NCBI RefSeq assembly: GCF_051885895.1
Contig: NZ_JBJEXP010000079.1
Span: 58,146-122,145 of the forward strand
Direction of reading: 5' to 3'
Length of the DNA: 64,000 nucleotides
Source of the DNA: Dialister sp.
GTDB lineage: Bacteria > Bacillota > Negativicutes > Veillonellales > Dialisteraceae
Each line of letters starts with the position of its first letter. Within the stretch, counting starts at the first letter, position 1. The translations under genes and the position numbers were made by a program. The notes under the pieces are model-generated. The model did not search any database, had not been told where the DNA came from, and saw only the letters and a list, made by a program, of their open reading frames with translations. Positions 18,826-27,536 of this stretch are shown here, piece after piece.

Positions 18826-18942
18826 ATGAGACTTGATTCCATGAATAAAGAAATGGCATATGGCGTCTTTGGCTGGGGCTATTATTATGGCTTCGGTTAT
18901 TTTTGCTGCGCCTGCCATGAGTCTCGTGCCCTTTTCAGATAA
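18826..18942 (+). CDS. Aromatic-amino-acid leader peptide (38 aa) MRLDSMNKEMAYGVFGWGYYYGFGYFCCACHESRALFR
   Basis: AAAGGAG RBS 8 nt upstream; 9 aromatic codons in residues 12-26; lies between promoter and terminator upstream of aroF. Confidence 0.85.
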   Translation: MRLDSMNKEMAYGVFGWGYYYGFGYFCCACHESRALFR

Positions 18943-18958
18943 AGCAGTTTTCGAAATG

Positions 18959-18995
18959 AAAGGACAGACTCATGGGAGCCTGTCCTTTTCTTTTT
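18959..18995 (+). terminator. Attenuator terminator (3:4 helix) of the aro leader
   Basis: AAAGGACAGACTC-ATGG-GAGCCTGTCCTTT then TCTTTTT. Confidence 0.85.
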
Positions 18996-19082
18996 GAAGG
19001 ATAGTAGGATGGAAGTTAGAAGGAGTGGGGCGATTGTCCCGTAGCATTGAAGGAGCCCTGAAAGGGCACAGGAGGAAACATC

Positions 19083-20099
19083 ATGATTATTGTAATGAAA
19101 CAGAATGCACCGCTTACCGCTATTGAATCCCTGGAACAGGAAATGAGGGACCGCGGATTCCAGGTAGACCGCAGCAAAGGTTCCAGCAAGGTAGTCCTTG
19201 GCCTGGTGGGAGATACGTCCGGACTGGATGAACGGGATTTCCTCAGTAATCCCTGGGTGGACAAGGTCATGCGGGTGCAGGAGCCTTATAAACGGGCCAG
19301 CCGTGCTTTTCACCCGGCAGATACCGTGGTGGATGTGAAAGGCGTCAAAATCGGCGGGAAGAAGCTGGTGGTCATGGCAGGTCCCTGCTCCATCGAAACG
19401 CCGGAGCAGATTGGCGGCATTGCCAAGGCAGTCAAAGCTTCCGGTGCAGCGGTTCTCCGCGGCGGGGCTTTCAAACCGAGAACATCTCCCTATTCCTTCC
19501 AGGGACTGGGAGAAAAAGGGCTGGATATGCTGATTTCTGCTGCCCGGAAAGAGGACATGCCGGTGGTGACTGAACTCATGAGCGCTGATAAGATCGGCAT
19601 GTTCCTGGAAAAAGGCGTAGATATCATCCAGATCGGTGCCAGGAATATGCAGAATTTTGACCTGCTGAAGGCGGTAGGCCGTCTGAATGTACCGGTACTG
19701 CTGAAGCGGGGTATGTCAGCTACCATTGAGGAATGGCTCATGAGTGCGGAATACATTATGTCCGAAGGCAATCACAATGTAATTCTCTGCGAACGGGGCA
19801 TCCGCACCTTTGAAAAGGCTACCAGAAATACACTGGATCTGTCGGCGGTGGAAGTGGTTAAGGAAAAGAGCCATCTGCCGGTTATCGTAGATCCCAGCCA
19901 CGCCACCGGTCACAGGGAAATGGTGCCGGCCATGGCTATGGCTGCTATTGCGGCCGGTGCCGATGGTATTATGTGTGAAGTTCATAATGATCCGGAACAT
20001 GCATGGTGCGATGGAGCGGAATCCATTACGCCGGAGACTTTTGATGACCTCATGGGACGGCTGAAACAGCTGGCACCCATTGTGGGAAGAGAGCTCTGA
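19083..20099 (+). CDS. aroF: DAHP synthase type I-beta with N-terminal ferredoxin-like regulatory domain
   Basis: [45 protein letters not shown]. Confidence 0.95.
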   Translation: MIIVMKQNAPLTAIESLEQEMRDRGFQVDRSKGSSKVVLGLVGDTSGLDERDFLSNPWVDKVMRVQEPYKRASRAFHPADTVVDVKGVKIGGKKLVVMAGPCSIETPEQIGGIAKAVKASGAAVLRGGAFKPRTSPYSFQGLGEKGLDMLISAARKEDMPVVTELMSADKIGMFLEKGVDIIQIGARNMQNFDLLKAVGRLNVPVLLKRGMSATIEEWLMSAEYIMSEGNHNVILCERGIRTFEKATRNTLDLSAVEVVKEKSHLPVIVDPSHATGHREMVPAMAMAAIAAGADGIMCEVHNDPEHAWCDGAESITPETFDDLMGRLKQLAPIVGREL

Positions 20100-20135
20100 C
20101 GGCGGAAGCCCTGCATGCCGTTTCGGAATGCGCAG

Positions 20136-20166
20136 AAGGCAGGGCTCCCCGGGGCTCTGCCTTTTT
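20136..20166 (+). terminator. Terminator-like hairpin between aroF and tyrA
   Basis: AAGGCAGGGCTC / GGGCTCTGCCTT stem with G-U pairs followed by TTT. Confidence 0.45.
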
Positions 20167-20211
20167 GCACATACATATCATCGATTCAATTTACATATAA
20201 AGGAAACCAAC

Positions 20212-21072
20212 ATGAACAGTGACTTTAGAAAGATTCCCATAGCGGTTATCGGACTGGGCCTTATGGGAGGCTCCTTTGCCAAAAGACTGAAGGAGCTGGG
20301 CCATCCGGTCATCGGCCTGAACCGAACGAAGAGCGTGGCGGAAAAGGCTTTGGCTCTGGGAATGGTAGACACCATAGACCCCGGCGAACTGAAGAAAGCG
20401 GAAATCGTGATTTTCTGCACGCCGGAGAAGGGGACGCTTTCTTTTATCCGGGAGCACATCTCCCTGCTGAATGAAAAGGCGGTGCTGACGGATATTGCCG
20501 GCGTGAAGAACGGATTTGCCAAAGAGGTATCTTCGCTCCTGCCGGAAGGAATGGACTTTGTGTCCGGCCATCCCATGTGCGGAAGAGAAGGGGCGGGCCT
20601 CCTGCAGGCAGACGGTGCCATATTCGACGGTGCCAATTACGTGCTCATTCCGGAACCCTGGAACAGCAGGGAACACCTGGAACTGATCAAAGGCATGGCC
20701 CTGGAGCTTGGCTGTGCCCATGTACCGGTGGTGACAGCCGAGGAACATGACCGGGCAATTGCCTACACCAGCGATCTGCCCCATGTGCTGGCTACGTCTC
20801 TGATGAACAGCGCCTCCTACTCGGAAAAGACGAAGTACTTTATCGGAGGTTCCTTCAAGGATGAGACGAGGGTGGCAGATATTAATGAAAAGCTCTGGAC
20901 ATCCCTGTTCCTGGCCAACCGGGAGAAACTGCTGGAAGAAATCGACCGCTTCAGCGGTTCCCTGCAGCAGATCCGGCAGGCCATAGCAGAGGGCAGCGAG
21001 GAAGATATGACCGCTTTTCTGAAAGAGGCGGGAAGAAGAAGAAGGGAAATGATGCATCATGGCAGCTGTTAA
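20212..21072 (+). CDS. tyrA: Prephenate dehydrogenase
   Basis: IGLGLMGGS, TDIAGVK, GHPMCGREGAG, HDRAIAYTSDLPH; start ATG 20212. Confidence 0.92.
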   Translation: MNSDFRKIPIAVIGLGLMGGSFAKRLKELGHPVIGLNRTKSVAEKALALGMVDTIDPGELKKAEIVIFCTPEKGTLSFIREHISLLNEKAVLTDIAGVKNGFAKEVSSLLPEGMDFVSGHPMCGREGAGLLQADGAIFDGANYVLIPEPWNSREHLELIKGMALELGCAHVPVVTAEEHDRAIAYTSDLPHVLATSLMNSASYSEKTKYFIGGSFKDETRVADINEKLWTSLFLANREKLLEEIDRFSGSLQQIRQAIAEGSEEDMTAFLKEAGRRRREMMHHGSC

Positions 21073-22126
21073 TGTGGATCTGGGAAAGGATTCCTATACC
21101 ATTGAAATAGAAAGAGGACTTCTTGACCGGGTGGGCGGAAAAATCCGAGCCCTTACGAAAGCGGATAAAATCGCAGTCATTACCGACGATCACGTGGCAC
21201 CGCTCTATGGGGAAAGGCTCAGTCATGCCCTGGAGGCCGAGAGATTTGAGACGCGGATTATCGCCATTCCTGCGGGAGAGGCCAGCAAGAACCTGAAGGT
21301 CCTGTCCGATGTGTACGATGCCATGTCGGAATTCGGCATGTCCAGAAGCGATGCGGTGGTTACCCTTTCCGGCGGCGTGCCGGGGGATCTCGGCGGCTTT
21401 GCGGCAGCCACCTACATGAGGGGGATTCCCTTCTTCCAGATACCGACTACCATTCTGGCCCAGATCGACAGCTCTGTAGGCGGGAAGGTGGCAGTGGATC
21501 TTCCCAGCGGGAAAAATCTGGCCGGCGCCTTCTACCAGCCAAAGGGCGTATTCATCGATCCGGATCTTTTACAGACACTGCCTGCCCGCTATGTGCATGA
21601 CGGACTGGCGGAAGCGGTGAAATACGGATGCATCGGTGACGCGGAGCTTTTTGAAATCTTTGAGTCCCTGAAAACGGAAAAAGACCTGGAGGATCATATG
21701 GAGGAAATCATCCTTCACAGTGTGCTGCAGAAAACCCGCGTCGTGGAGGAAGATGAATTTGATACGGGGAAACGTCAGATTCTCAACTTCGGACATACCA
21801 TCGGTCATGCAATAGAACGGTATTTCCACTATTCCACCTTTACCCACGGGGAAGGCGTAGCCATAGGCATGAGCCTTCTTACGGAGCAGACAGAAAAGTT
21901 GGGACTTACGGAAAAAGGAACCGCCGACCGCCTGATCCGGGTGCTTCGTAAACTGTCCCTGCCCACATCTATCGGCGTACCGGCAGAGGAACTGATTCCA
22001 CTGGCCATGCATGACAAGAAGAGAAGAGGAAAGGAAATCACTCTGGTAGTGCTGAAGAAAATCGGAGCCTGCGAGCTTGTGACCGTTCCTACAGATGAAC
22101 TTTCCCGGTATATTGTGACAGGCTGA
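21059..22126 (+). CDS. aroB: 3-dehydroquinate synthase
   Basis: GEASK, SGGVPGDLGGF, TTILAQIDSSVGGK, LNFGHTIGHAIE. Confidence 0.95.
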   Translation: MAAVNVDLGKDSYTIEIERGLLDRVGGKIRALTKADKIAVITDDHVAPLYGERLSHALEAERFETRIIAIPAGEASKNLKVLSDVYDAMSEFGMSRSDAVVTLSGGVPGDLGGFAAATYMRGIPFFQIPTTILAQIDSSVGGKVAVDLPSGKNLAGAFYQPKGVFIDPDLLQTLPARYVHDGLAEAVKYGCIGDAELFEIFESLKTEKDLEDHMEEIILHSVLQKTRVVEEDEFDTGKRQILNFGHTIGHAIERYFHYSTFTHGEGVAIGMSLLTEQTEKLGLTEKGTADRLIRVLRKLSLPTSIGVPAEELIPLAMHDKKRRGKEITLVVLKKIGACELVTVPTDELSRYIVTG

Positions 22127-22136
22127 GGAGGATGCC

Positions 22137-23414
22137 ATGCAGATGACCATTGCGCCTGCGCCTTTGGCAGGCACCATCCGGGTCCCCTCTTCCAAGAGCA
22201 TGACCCACAGGGAAATCATTGCCGCCGCTCTGGCAGAAGGGAAGACAGAAGTGACCGGCGTGACCTGGTCGGAAGATATTGAAGCCACTGTGCGCATTCT
22301 TTCCCTGCTGGGAGCTTCCATCGAAAAACAGGAGGGCAGAGAGGGCTTGACCCTTTCCATCAAAGGGGGCCTCAAAAAGCAGGAAGGCATCCTTTCTGCA
22401 GACGCCGGGGAATCGGGCTCAACCCTCCGCTTTCTGATTCCGCTGGGACTGGTTTCCGGCAGCCATGTCATATACAGAGGACATGGACGGCTGTCCGAAC
22501 GGCCGCTCACCCCCTACTACCGTTTGTTTGAGCAGAAAAAAATTGCCTTCCGGACGAAAGGCGGCCTGCCTCTGGAAGTGGAGGGAACCCTTTCCGGCGG
22601 CGTGTATGAGCTGCCAGGCAATGTGAGCTCCCAGTTCTTTACGGGGCTTCTCTTTGCCCTGCCGCTGGTAAAGGGAGACTCTCTCCTGAAGAGTACTACC
22701 CCGCTTGAGTCCAAAAGCTATGTGGATATGACACTGGATACGCTGGCCCGCCATGGTATCAGGATTCTGGAAAAAGAAGCGGGTCTCTATGAAATACCGG
22801 GAGGACAGCACTATCAAAACGGCTCCTTTGCGGTGGAGGGAGACTATTCCCAGGCGGCTTTCTGGCTGACGGCCGCTCTTTCCGGCGGTCATATTACTCT
22901 TACCGGCCTGTCTGACAGTTCCTTGCAGGGAGACAAGGCCATCCTTTCTATTCTGAAGGATATGGGAGGCGTGATCAGGAAGACAGAAAAGGGGATAGAG
23001 GCGCAGACCGGCAGCCTCCACGGCACGGTGGTGGATGCGGAAAATATACCGGACCTGGTGCCTGCCCTGGCGGCTCTGGCGGCTGTGAGCGAAGGTAAAA
23101 CGGAAATTATCCACGCCGGAAGGGTGCGCCTTAAAGAATGCGACCGCCTCCATGCCATGGCAGTGGAGCTTTCCCGTCTGGGAGCGGAAGTGGAAGAAAA
23201 GCCGGAGGGTCTGGTCATCTGCGGGAAGCCGTCTCTTTCCGGCGGTACCGTTTCCTCCTGGAATGACCACCGCATCGCCATGGCCCTGGCCTCCATTACA
23301 CCCCGCCTCACGGGGCCTCTGACCATCGAAGGCGCAGAAAGCGTAAAGAAATCCTATCCCCGCTTCTGGGAGGATTTCCGGAAAGTGGGCGGAAGGACGG
23401 CAGAAAAGCGGTAG
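22137..23414 (+). CDS. aroA: EPSP synthase
   Basis: PSSKSMTHR, GESGSTLRF, SSQFFTGL, RLKECDR, NDHRIAM. Confidence 0.95.
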   Translation: MQMTIAPAPLAGTIRVPSSKSMTHREIIAAALAEGKTEVTGVTWSEDIEATVRILSLLGASIEKQEGREGLTLSIKGGLKKQEGILSADAGESGSTLRFLIPLGLVSGSHVIYRGHGRLSERPLTPYYRLFEQKKIAFRTKGGLPLEVEGTLSGGVYELPGNVSSQFFTGLLFALPLVKGDSLLKSTTPLESKSYVDMTLDTLARHGIRILEKEAGLYEIPGGQHYQNGSFAVEGDYSQAAFWLTAALSGGHITLTGLSDSSLQGDKAILSILKDMGGVIRKTEKGIEAQTGSLHGTVVDAENIPDLVPALAALAAVSEGKTEIIHAGRVRLKECDRLHAMAVELSRLGAEVEEKPEGLVICGKPSLSGGTVSSWNDHRIAMALASITPRLTGPLTIEGAESVKKSYPRFWEDFRKVGGRTAEKR

Positions 23415-23420
23415 CGGAGG

Positions 23421-23517
23421 GCGCCTGACAGCTTCAAAAGAAGTAAGCGCAGCTCCGCTTTGCGGCAGCCGCCGCGAAGCTGGCAGTTTTTTACATCACC
23501 TGCGCCGTCAGGTGCGC
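23421..23517. repeat. GC-rich intergenic palindromic element (REP/MITE-like)
   Basis: Imperfect terminal inverted repeat GCGCCTGAC / GTCAGGTGCGC; internal 20-mer matches 18741-18760 (reverse strand) at 19/20. Confidence 0.4.
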
Positions 23518-23550
23518 TTCACCGGCTCACCATTATAACAGGAGAAGACC

Positions 23551-24651
23551 ATGAGCAATACATTTGGAGAAACACTGAAAGTAACAATTTTCGGGGAATC
23601 CCACGGCACTGCCATTGGAGCAGTGATTGACGGGCTGCCTCCCGGCATTTCCATAGACTGGGACGAAGTGAGGCGGGAAATGGCCCGCCGGGCGCCGGGA
23701 AGTTCAAACCTGGCTACGCCCCGAAAGGAAAAGGACCAGATTGAAATCCTTTCCGGCTATTTCCGGGACCATACGACAGGAACACCTCTGGCTATGGAAA
23801 TCCGGAATACAAACCAGCATTCCGGGGACTATGATATTCTGAAAGACCATATGCGTCCGGGCCATGCCGATTATACAGGCTTTGTCAAATACGGCGGATT
23901 TAATGACTATCGGGGCGGCGGCCACTTTTCCGGACGCATTACGGCGCCGCTGACATTTGCCGGAGCCATTGCCCGGCAGGTGCTGGAAAAGGAAGGCATT
24001 TACATTGGAGCCCATGCGGCAGATGTCCACGGCATCCGGGACTGCCCTTTCCATCCCCTGGGAGAGGAGAAGGCGCTCTTTGACCGTCTGGATAGGAAAA
24101 AGCTTCCTGTGATTGACGAGGAGAAAGGAAAGGCCATGGAAGAAGCCATCCTGGCTGCACAGAAGGAGGGGGACTCTGTGGGAGGCATGGTGGAATGCAT
24201 GATCTGCGGCCTTCCTATGGGGCTGGGAGATCCTTTCTTTGATTCCCTGGAAAGCGAAATGTCTCATATGATGTTCTCCGTGCCTGCGGTGAAAGGCATT
24301 GAGTTCGGGAGCGGATTCGGGTTTGCTTCCCTTTTCGGCTCAGAGGCCAATGACAGCCTCCATTATGCCGGGGAAAAGCCTGTTTCCCTCACCAATCATA
24401 ACGGCGGCGTGCTGGGAGGCATTTCCAGCGGAAGCCCCGTCCTTTTCCGGCTGGCGGTAAAGCCCACCGCTTCCATCGGGAAACGGCAGAAAACCATTGA
24501 TATTGCAAAGAAGGAAGATACAGAACTTTCCATCGGCGGACGCCATGATCCCTGCATTATTCCCCGGGCCATCCCGGTGATTGAAAATGCAGCGGCTCTG
24601 GTGATTCTGGATCTGCTCCTTACAGACAGGAGGAATTCCCATGTCAGATAA
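23551..24651 (+). CDS. aroC: Chorismate synthase
   Basis: FGESHG, RPGHADY, GGHFSGRITA, NHNGG, KPTASI, GRHDPCI. Confidence 0.95.
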   Translation: MSNTFGETLKVTIFGESHGTAIGAVIDGLPPGISIDWDEVRREMARRAPGSSNLATPRKEKDQIEILSGYFRDHTTGTPLAMEIRNTNQHSGDYDILKDHMRPGHADYTGFVKYGGFNDYRGGGHFSGRITAPLTFAGAIARQVLEKEGIYIGAHAADVHGIRDCPFHPLGEEKALFDRLDRKKLPVIDEEKGKAMEEAILAAQKEGDSVGGMVECMICGLPMGLGDPFFDSLESEMSHMMFSVPAVKGIEFGSGFGFASLFGSEANDSLHYAGEKPVSLTNHNGGVLGGISSGSPVLFRLAVKPTASIGKRQKTIDIAKKEDTELSIGGRHDPCIIPRAIPVIENAAALVILDLLLTDRRNSHVR

Positions 24652-25477
24652 AATACTTCGGGTTGGATGCTACGGCGCCAAAGGTTCCTATACCTATGAA
24701 GCCATGGAAAAACAGTTTGGCGAAAGGAAAAGGGAGGAATCCTATTTTCCCCTTTTCGAAGATGTGCTGAAAGCGGTGCAGGAGGGAGACATCGATTACG
24801 GCGTAGTGCCCATTGAAAATTCTTCCACCGGCGGCATTACGGAGGTGTATGACCTCATCCAGCGCTACGGCTGTGCCGTGGTGGGAGAGCAGGTGGTCAA
24901 AATCGAGCACAACCTGCTGGGCCTTCCGGGAGCGAAACTGGAAGATATTGACACGGTTTTCTCCCATCCCCAGGGATTTGCCCAGTGCCGTCCCTTCTTC
25001 AACAAGCATAGGAACTGGACATTGAAGCCCTATTTTTCCACTTCCCGAAGTGCGGAAAAAGTCGCCCAGGATGGAAAGAAAAACCAGGCCGCCGTGGCCA
25101 GCAGGACAGCGGCACGGCTGTATGGACTTACGGTGCTGGCAGAAAATATTTTCTTCAATGCCAGCAACTACACCCGATTCTTTATTATCGGGCCGAAAAT
25201 GGAAATCAAGCCGGAGGCGGATAAAATCACCCTTGTGATTTCCGTGCGCCATGAACCTGGCGCTCTTTACCATGTGCTGGGCTATTTCTTCTACGGCGGC
25301 ATGAACATGACCCACCTGGAATCCCGCCCCATGGAAGGAAGGCCTTTTGAATACTTCTTCCATATTGATGTCATGGGCCGCCTGGAGGATCCCTCCAATG
25401 CCCAGACACTCAGGGGACTGAAATCCATGTGTACCTATTTCAAAATTCTGGGAAACTATCCTGCCTGCAGGGCGTAA
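24641..25477 (+). CDS. pheA: Prephenate dehydratase (no chorismate mutase domain)
   Basis: VPIENSSTG, SHPQGFAQC, NYTRF, C-terminal ACT with LESRP. Confidence 0.92.
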   Translation: MSDKILRVGCYGAKGSYTYEAMEKQFGERKREESYFPLFEDVLKAVQEGDIDYGVVPIENSSTGGITEVYDLIQRYGCAVVGEQVVKIEHNLLGLPGAKLEDIDTVFSHPQGFAQCRPFFNKHRNWTLKPYFSTSRSAEKVAQDGKKNQAAVASRTAARLYGLTVLAENIFFNASNYTRFFIIGPKMEIKPEADKITLVISVRHEPGALYHVLGYFFYGGMNMTHLESRPMEGRPFEYFFHIDVMGRLEDPSNAQTLRGLKSMCTYFKILGNYPACRA

Positions 25478-25572
25478 AGAAAATCTGAGGAGAAAGCTCT
25501 ATTTGCCAGGGGCCTTCTCTTCCGTACCTCCTGCTCCATGCAGCGGTCCATCGCAATAGAAAGGAGCCGACC

Positions 25573-26379
25573 ATGAAACTGGGCCTTTTGGGAGAAGTGC
25601 TGGGACACAGCCTGTCTCCCGTGATTCATGAGAAATTATTTAAAAAACTGGGCATTGCCTCCACCTATGAACTGATTGAAATTCCGAAAGCTTCCTTCCG
25701 GACAGATCTGCCCTCCCTGCTTTCTTCCTATGACGGGCTGAACGTGACCATTCCCTACAAGGTGGATGTCATCCCTTTCCTGGATGAATTGTCCAAAGAA
25801 GCGGAGACCATAGGCGCAGTGAACACCATCGCCCATAAGAACGGGAAACTTCTGGGACTGAATACGGACTATACAGGATTTGCCCGCACCCTTTCGCGCA
25901 TCCACTGCCAGGTGGAAGGGAAGGATGCGGTGGTTCTGGGGCATGGCGGCGCTTCCCGGGCCATTATCCAGTGCCTTTTTGATGAAAGGGCGAAAGAAAT
26001 TCATGTCATCAGCCGCCATCCGGAAAAGGTGGATCCGGATTTTCTTTCCTTTGCGGAGAAAAGAAATGTGAAAATCGAAGGCTATGACAGTCTGCAAGGG
26101 AAAGAGGATAATTATCTTCTGGTTAATGCCACGCCGGTAGGCATGTATCCCCGTACAGGCGTCTCTCCTGTTCCTGCCGCTGTGGCCGCCTCTTTCCCCA
26201 AGGTTGTGGATATTATCTATAATCCGGCGGAGACGAAGCTTCTGCAGGATGCGGAAACAAGCAGCCGCTCCAACGGCATGTACATGCTTGTCATGCAGGC
26301 CATGGCGGCGGAAGAAATCTGGCTGGGCAGGAAAATTCCCGAATCGGTGACGGCGGCGATTGTGGAGGAAATGATATGA
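25573..26379 (+). CDS. aroE: Shikimate dehydrogenase
   Basis: GHSLSP, NVTIPYK, GAVNT, NTDY, GHGGA, NATPVGM. Confidence 0.95.
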   Translation: MKLGLLGEVLGHSLSPVIHEKLFKKLGIASTYELIEIPKASFRTDLPSLLSSYDGLNVTIPYKVDVIPFLDELSKEAETIGAVNTIAHKNGKLLGLNTDYTGFARTLSRIHCQVEGKDAVVLGHGGASRAIIQCLFDERAKEIHVISRHPEKVDPDFLSFAEKRNVKIEGYDSLQGKEDNYLLVNATPVGMYPRTGVSPVPAAVAASFPKVVDIIYNPAETKLLQDAETSSRSNGMYMLVMQAMAAEEIWLGRKIPESVTAAIVEEMI

Positions 26380-26870
26380 CGAAAAATATTGTTCTCATCG
26401 GCATGCCGGGCTGCGGGAAAACCACCTTCGGCCAGGCGCTGGCCCATGCACTGCACCGCCCTTTTATAGATGCCGATGTTTATCTGGAACAGAGGGAAAA
26501 GAGAACCATCCCCAGCCTTTTTGCGGAAAGCGAGACGGTCTTCCGGGATGCGGAGGAACGAACCATCCGGGAACTGTCCCAGCAGGAAGGAATCATCATC
26601 GCCACTGGCGGAGGCGTTGTGAAGCGGGATATCAATATCCAGAGGCTTCATAAAAAAGGACTGATCATTTTCATTGACCGGAAGGCGGAAGACATCATTA
26701 CCGATGTGGAAGTGGAAAAACGGCCGCTTCTGAAGAATGGGCCGGATCAGGTGTTTACACTGTATAAGGAAAGAATCAGCCTTTACCGCAGAGCAGCGGA
26801 CAGGACCCTGGAAAACCGGGGCAGCCTGGAGGAAGTGATGGCCCGCCTGCTGGCAATGGTGGAAGGATAA
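26376..26870 (+). CDS. aroK: Shikimate kinase
   Basis: IGMPGCGKTT, FRDAE, ATGGG, RPLL. Confidence 0.95.
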   Translation: MTKNIVLIGMPGCGKTTFGQALAHALHRPFIDADVYLEQREKRTIPSLFAESETVFRDAEERTIRELSQQEGIIIATGGGVVKRDINIQRLHKKGLIIFIDRKAEDIITDVEVEKRPLLKNGPDQVFTLYKERISLYRRAADRTLENRGSLEEVMARLLAMVEG

Positions 26871-27023
26871 AAGAAATTTTTTCCGCCTGCTTCCTGCCTT
26901 CAGACCTTTTACAGGGAAAATGCAGAAGGAGGTTGGCAGCGCCCGGCCGGTTTTGTAAAATGAAGGTAACAGCTCCGGAGACGAAGGGGCTTATCCATGG
27001 TTTTCACATGAAGGAGGTTTATC

Positions 27024-27239
27024 ATGCCTTACGTCAACATCAAAATTACCAGAGAAGGAAATGTTACACCGGAACAGAAGGCCCGGCTGATCAGCGGCGT
27101 TACCAGCCTGCTGGCTGACGTACTCCATAAGAATCCTGCCACCACGGTGGTGGTCATTGATGAAGTGCCTCTGGAAAACTGGGGTCTTGGCGGAGATCCG
27201 ATCCTCATTGCCCGGGAAAAGAGAGCCAAAAAGCAGTAA
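27024..27239 (+). CDS. 4-oxalocrotonate tautomerase family protein
   Basis: Catalytic Pro after Met (MPYVNIK), EQKARLI, WGLGG. Confidence 0.9.
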   Translation: MPYVNIKITREGNVTPEQKARLISGVTSLLADVLHKNPATTVVVIDEVPLENWGLGGDPILIAREKRAKKQ

Positions 27240-27320
27240 TGATTTTCTGCACTGCGCCGGAAGGCAAAAATGGTATCTTTCTGTTAAAGGCCGCTGTGCG
27301 GCCTTTTTTCATTTTCCCCC

Positions 27321-27349
27321 TTGACGTTTCGTAAATGCTATTGTATCCT
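27321..27349 (+). promoter_or_regulatory. sigmaA-type promoter of amtB-PII
   Basis: TTGACG-N17-TATCCT. Confidence 0.55.
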
Positions 27350-27392
27350 ATTAACATACATAGGGCCGAGAGGCCAAAACTACATATTTTTT

Positions 27393-27475
27393 GACAAAGA
27401 TGTCTGATAGGAGTATTCATATCAGGCTTTTTCTTTTGGACAAAGGCGCCCGGGAATTTTCCGGGCGCCTTTGTC
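27393..27475 (+). promoter_or_regulatory. Putative ANTAR-target leader with terminator
   Basis: GAC-AAAGAT-GTC and GAC-AAAGGC-GCC hexaloops (A1,G4); terminator 27402-27437; 15-bp hairpin 27439-27475. Confidence 0.5.
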
Positions 27476-27536
27476 ATTGGAAGGAAAGCCGGTGATTCCA
27501 TCAGACCTCTTTTGTTCAGGAGAGGGAGTGGGTTTT

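Noticed and set aside
27400-27495. 31-aa leader ORF in the amtB leader
   Set aside because: No RBS and no Gln/Glu/Asn enrichment
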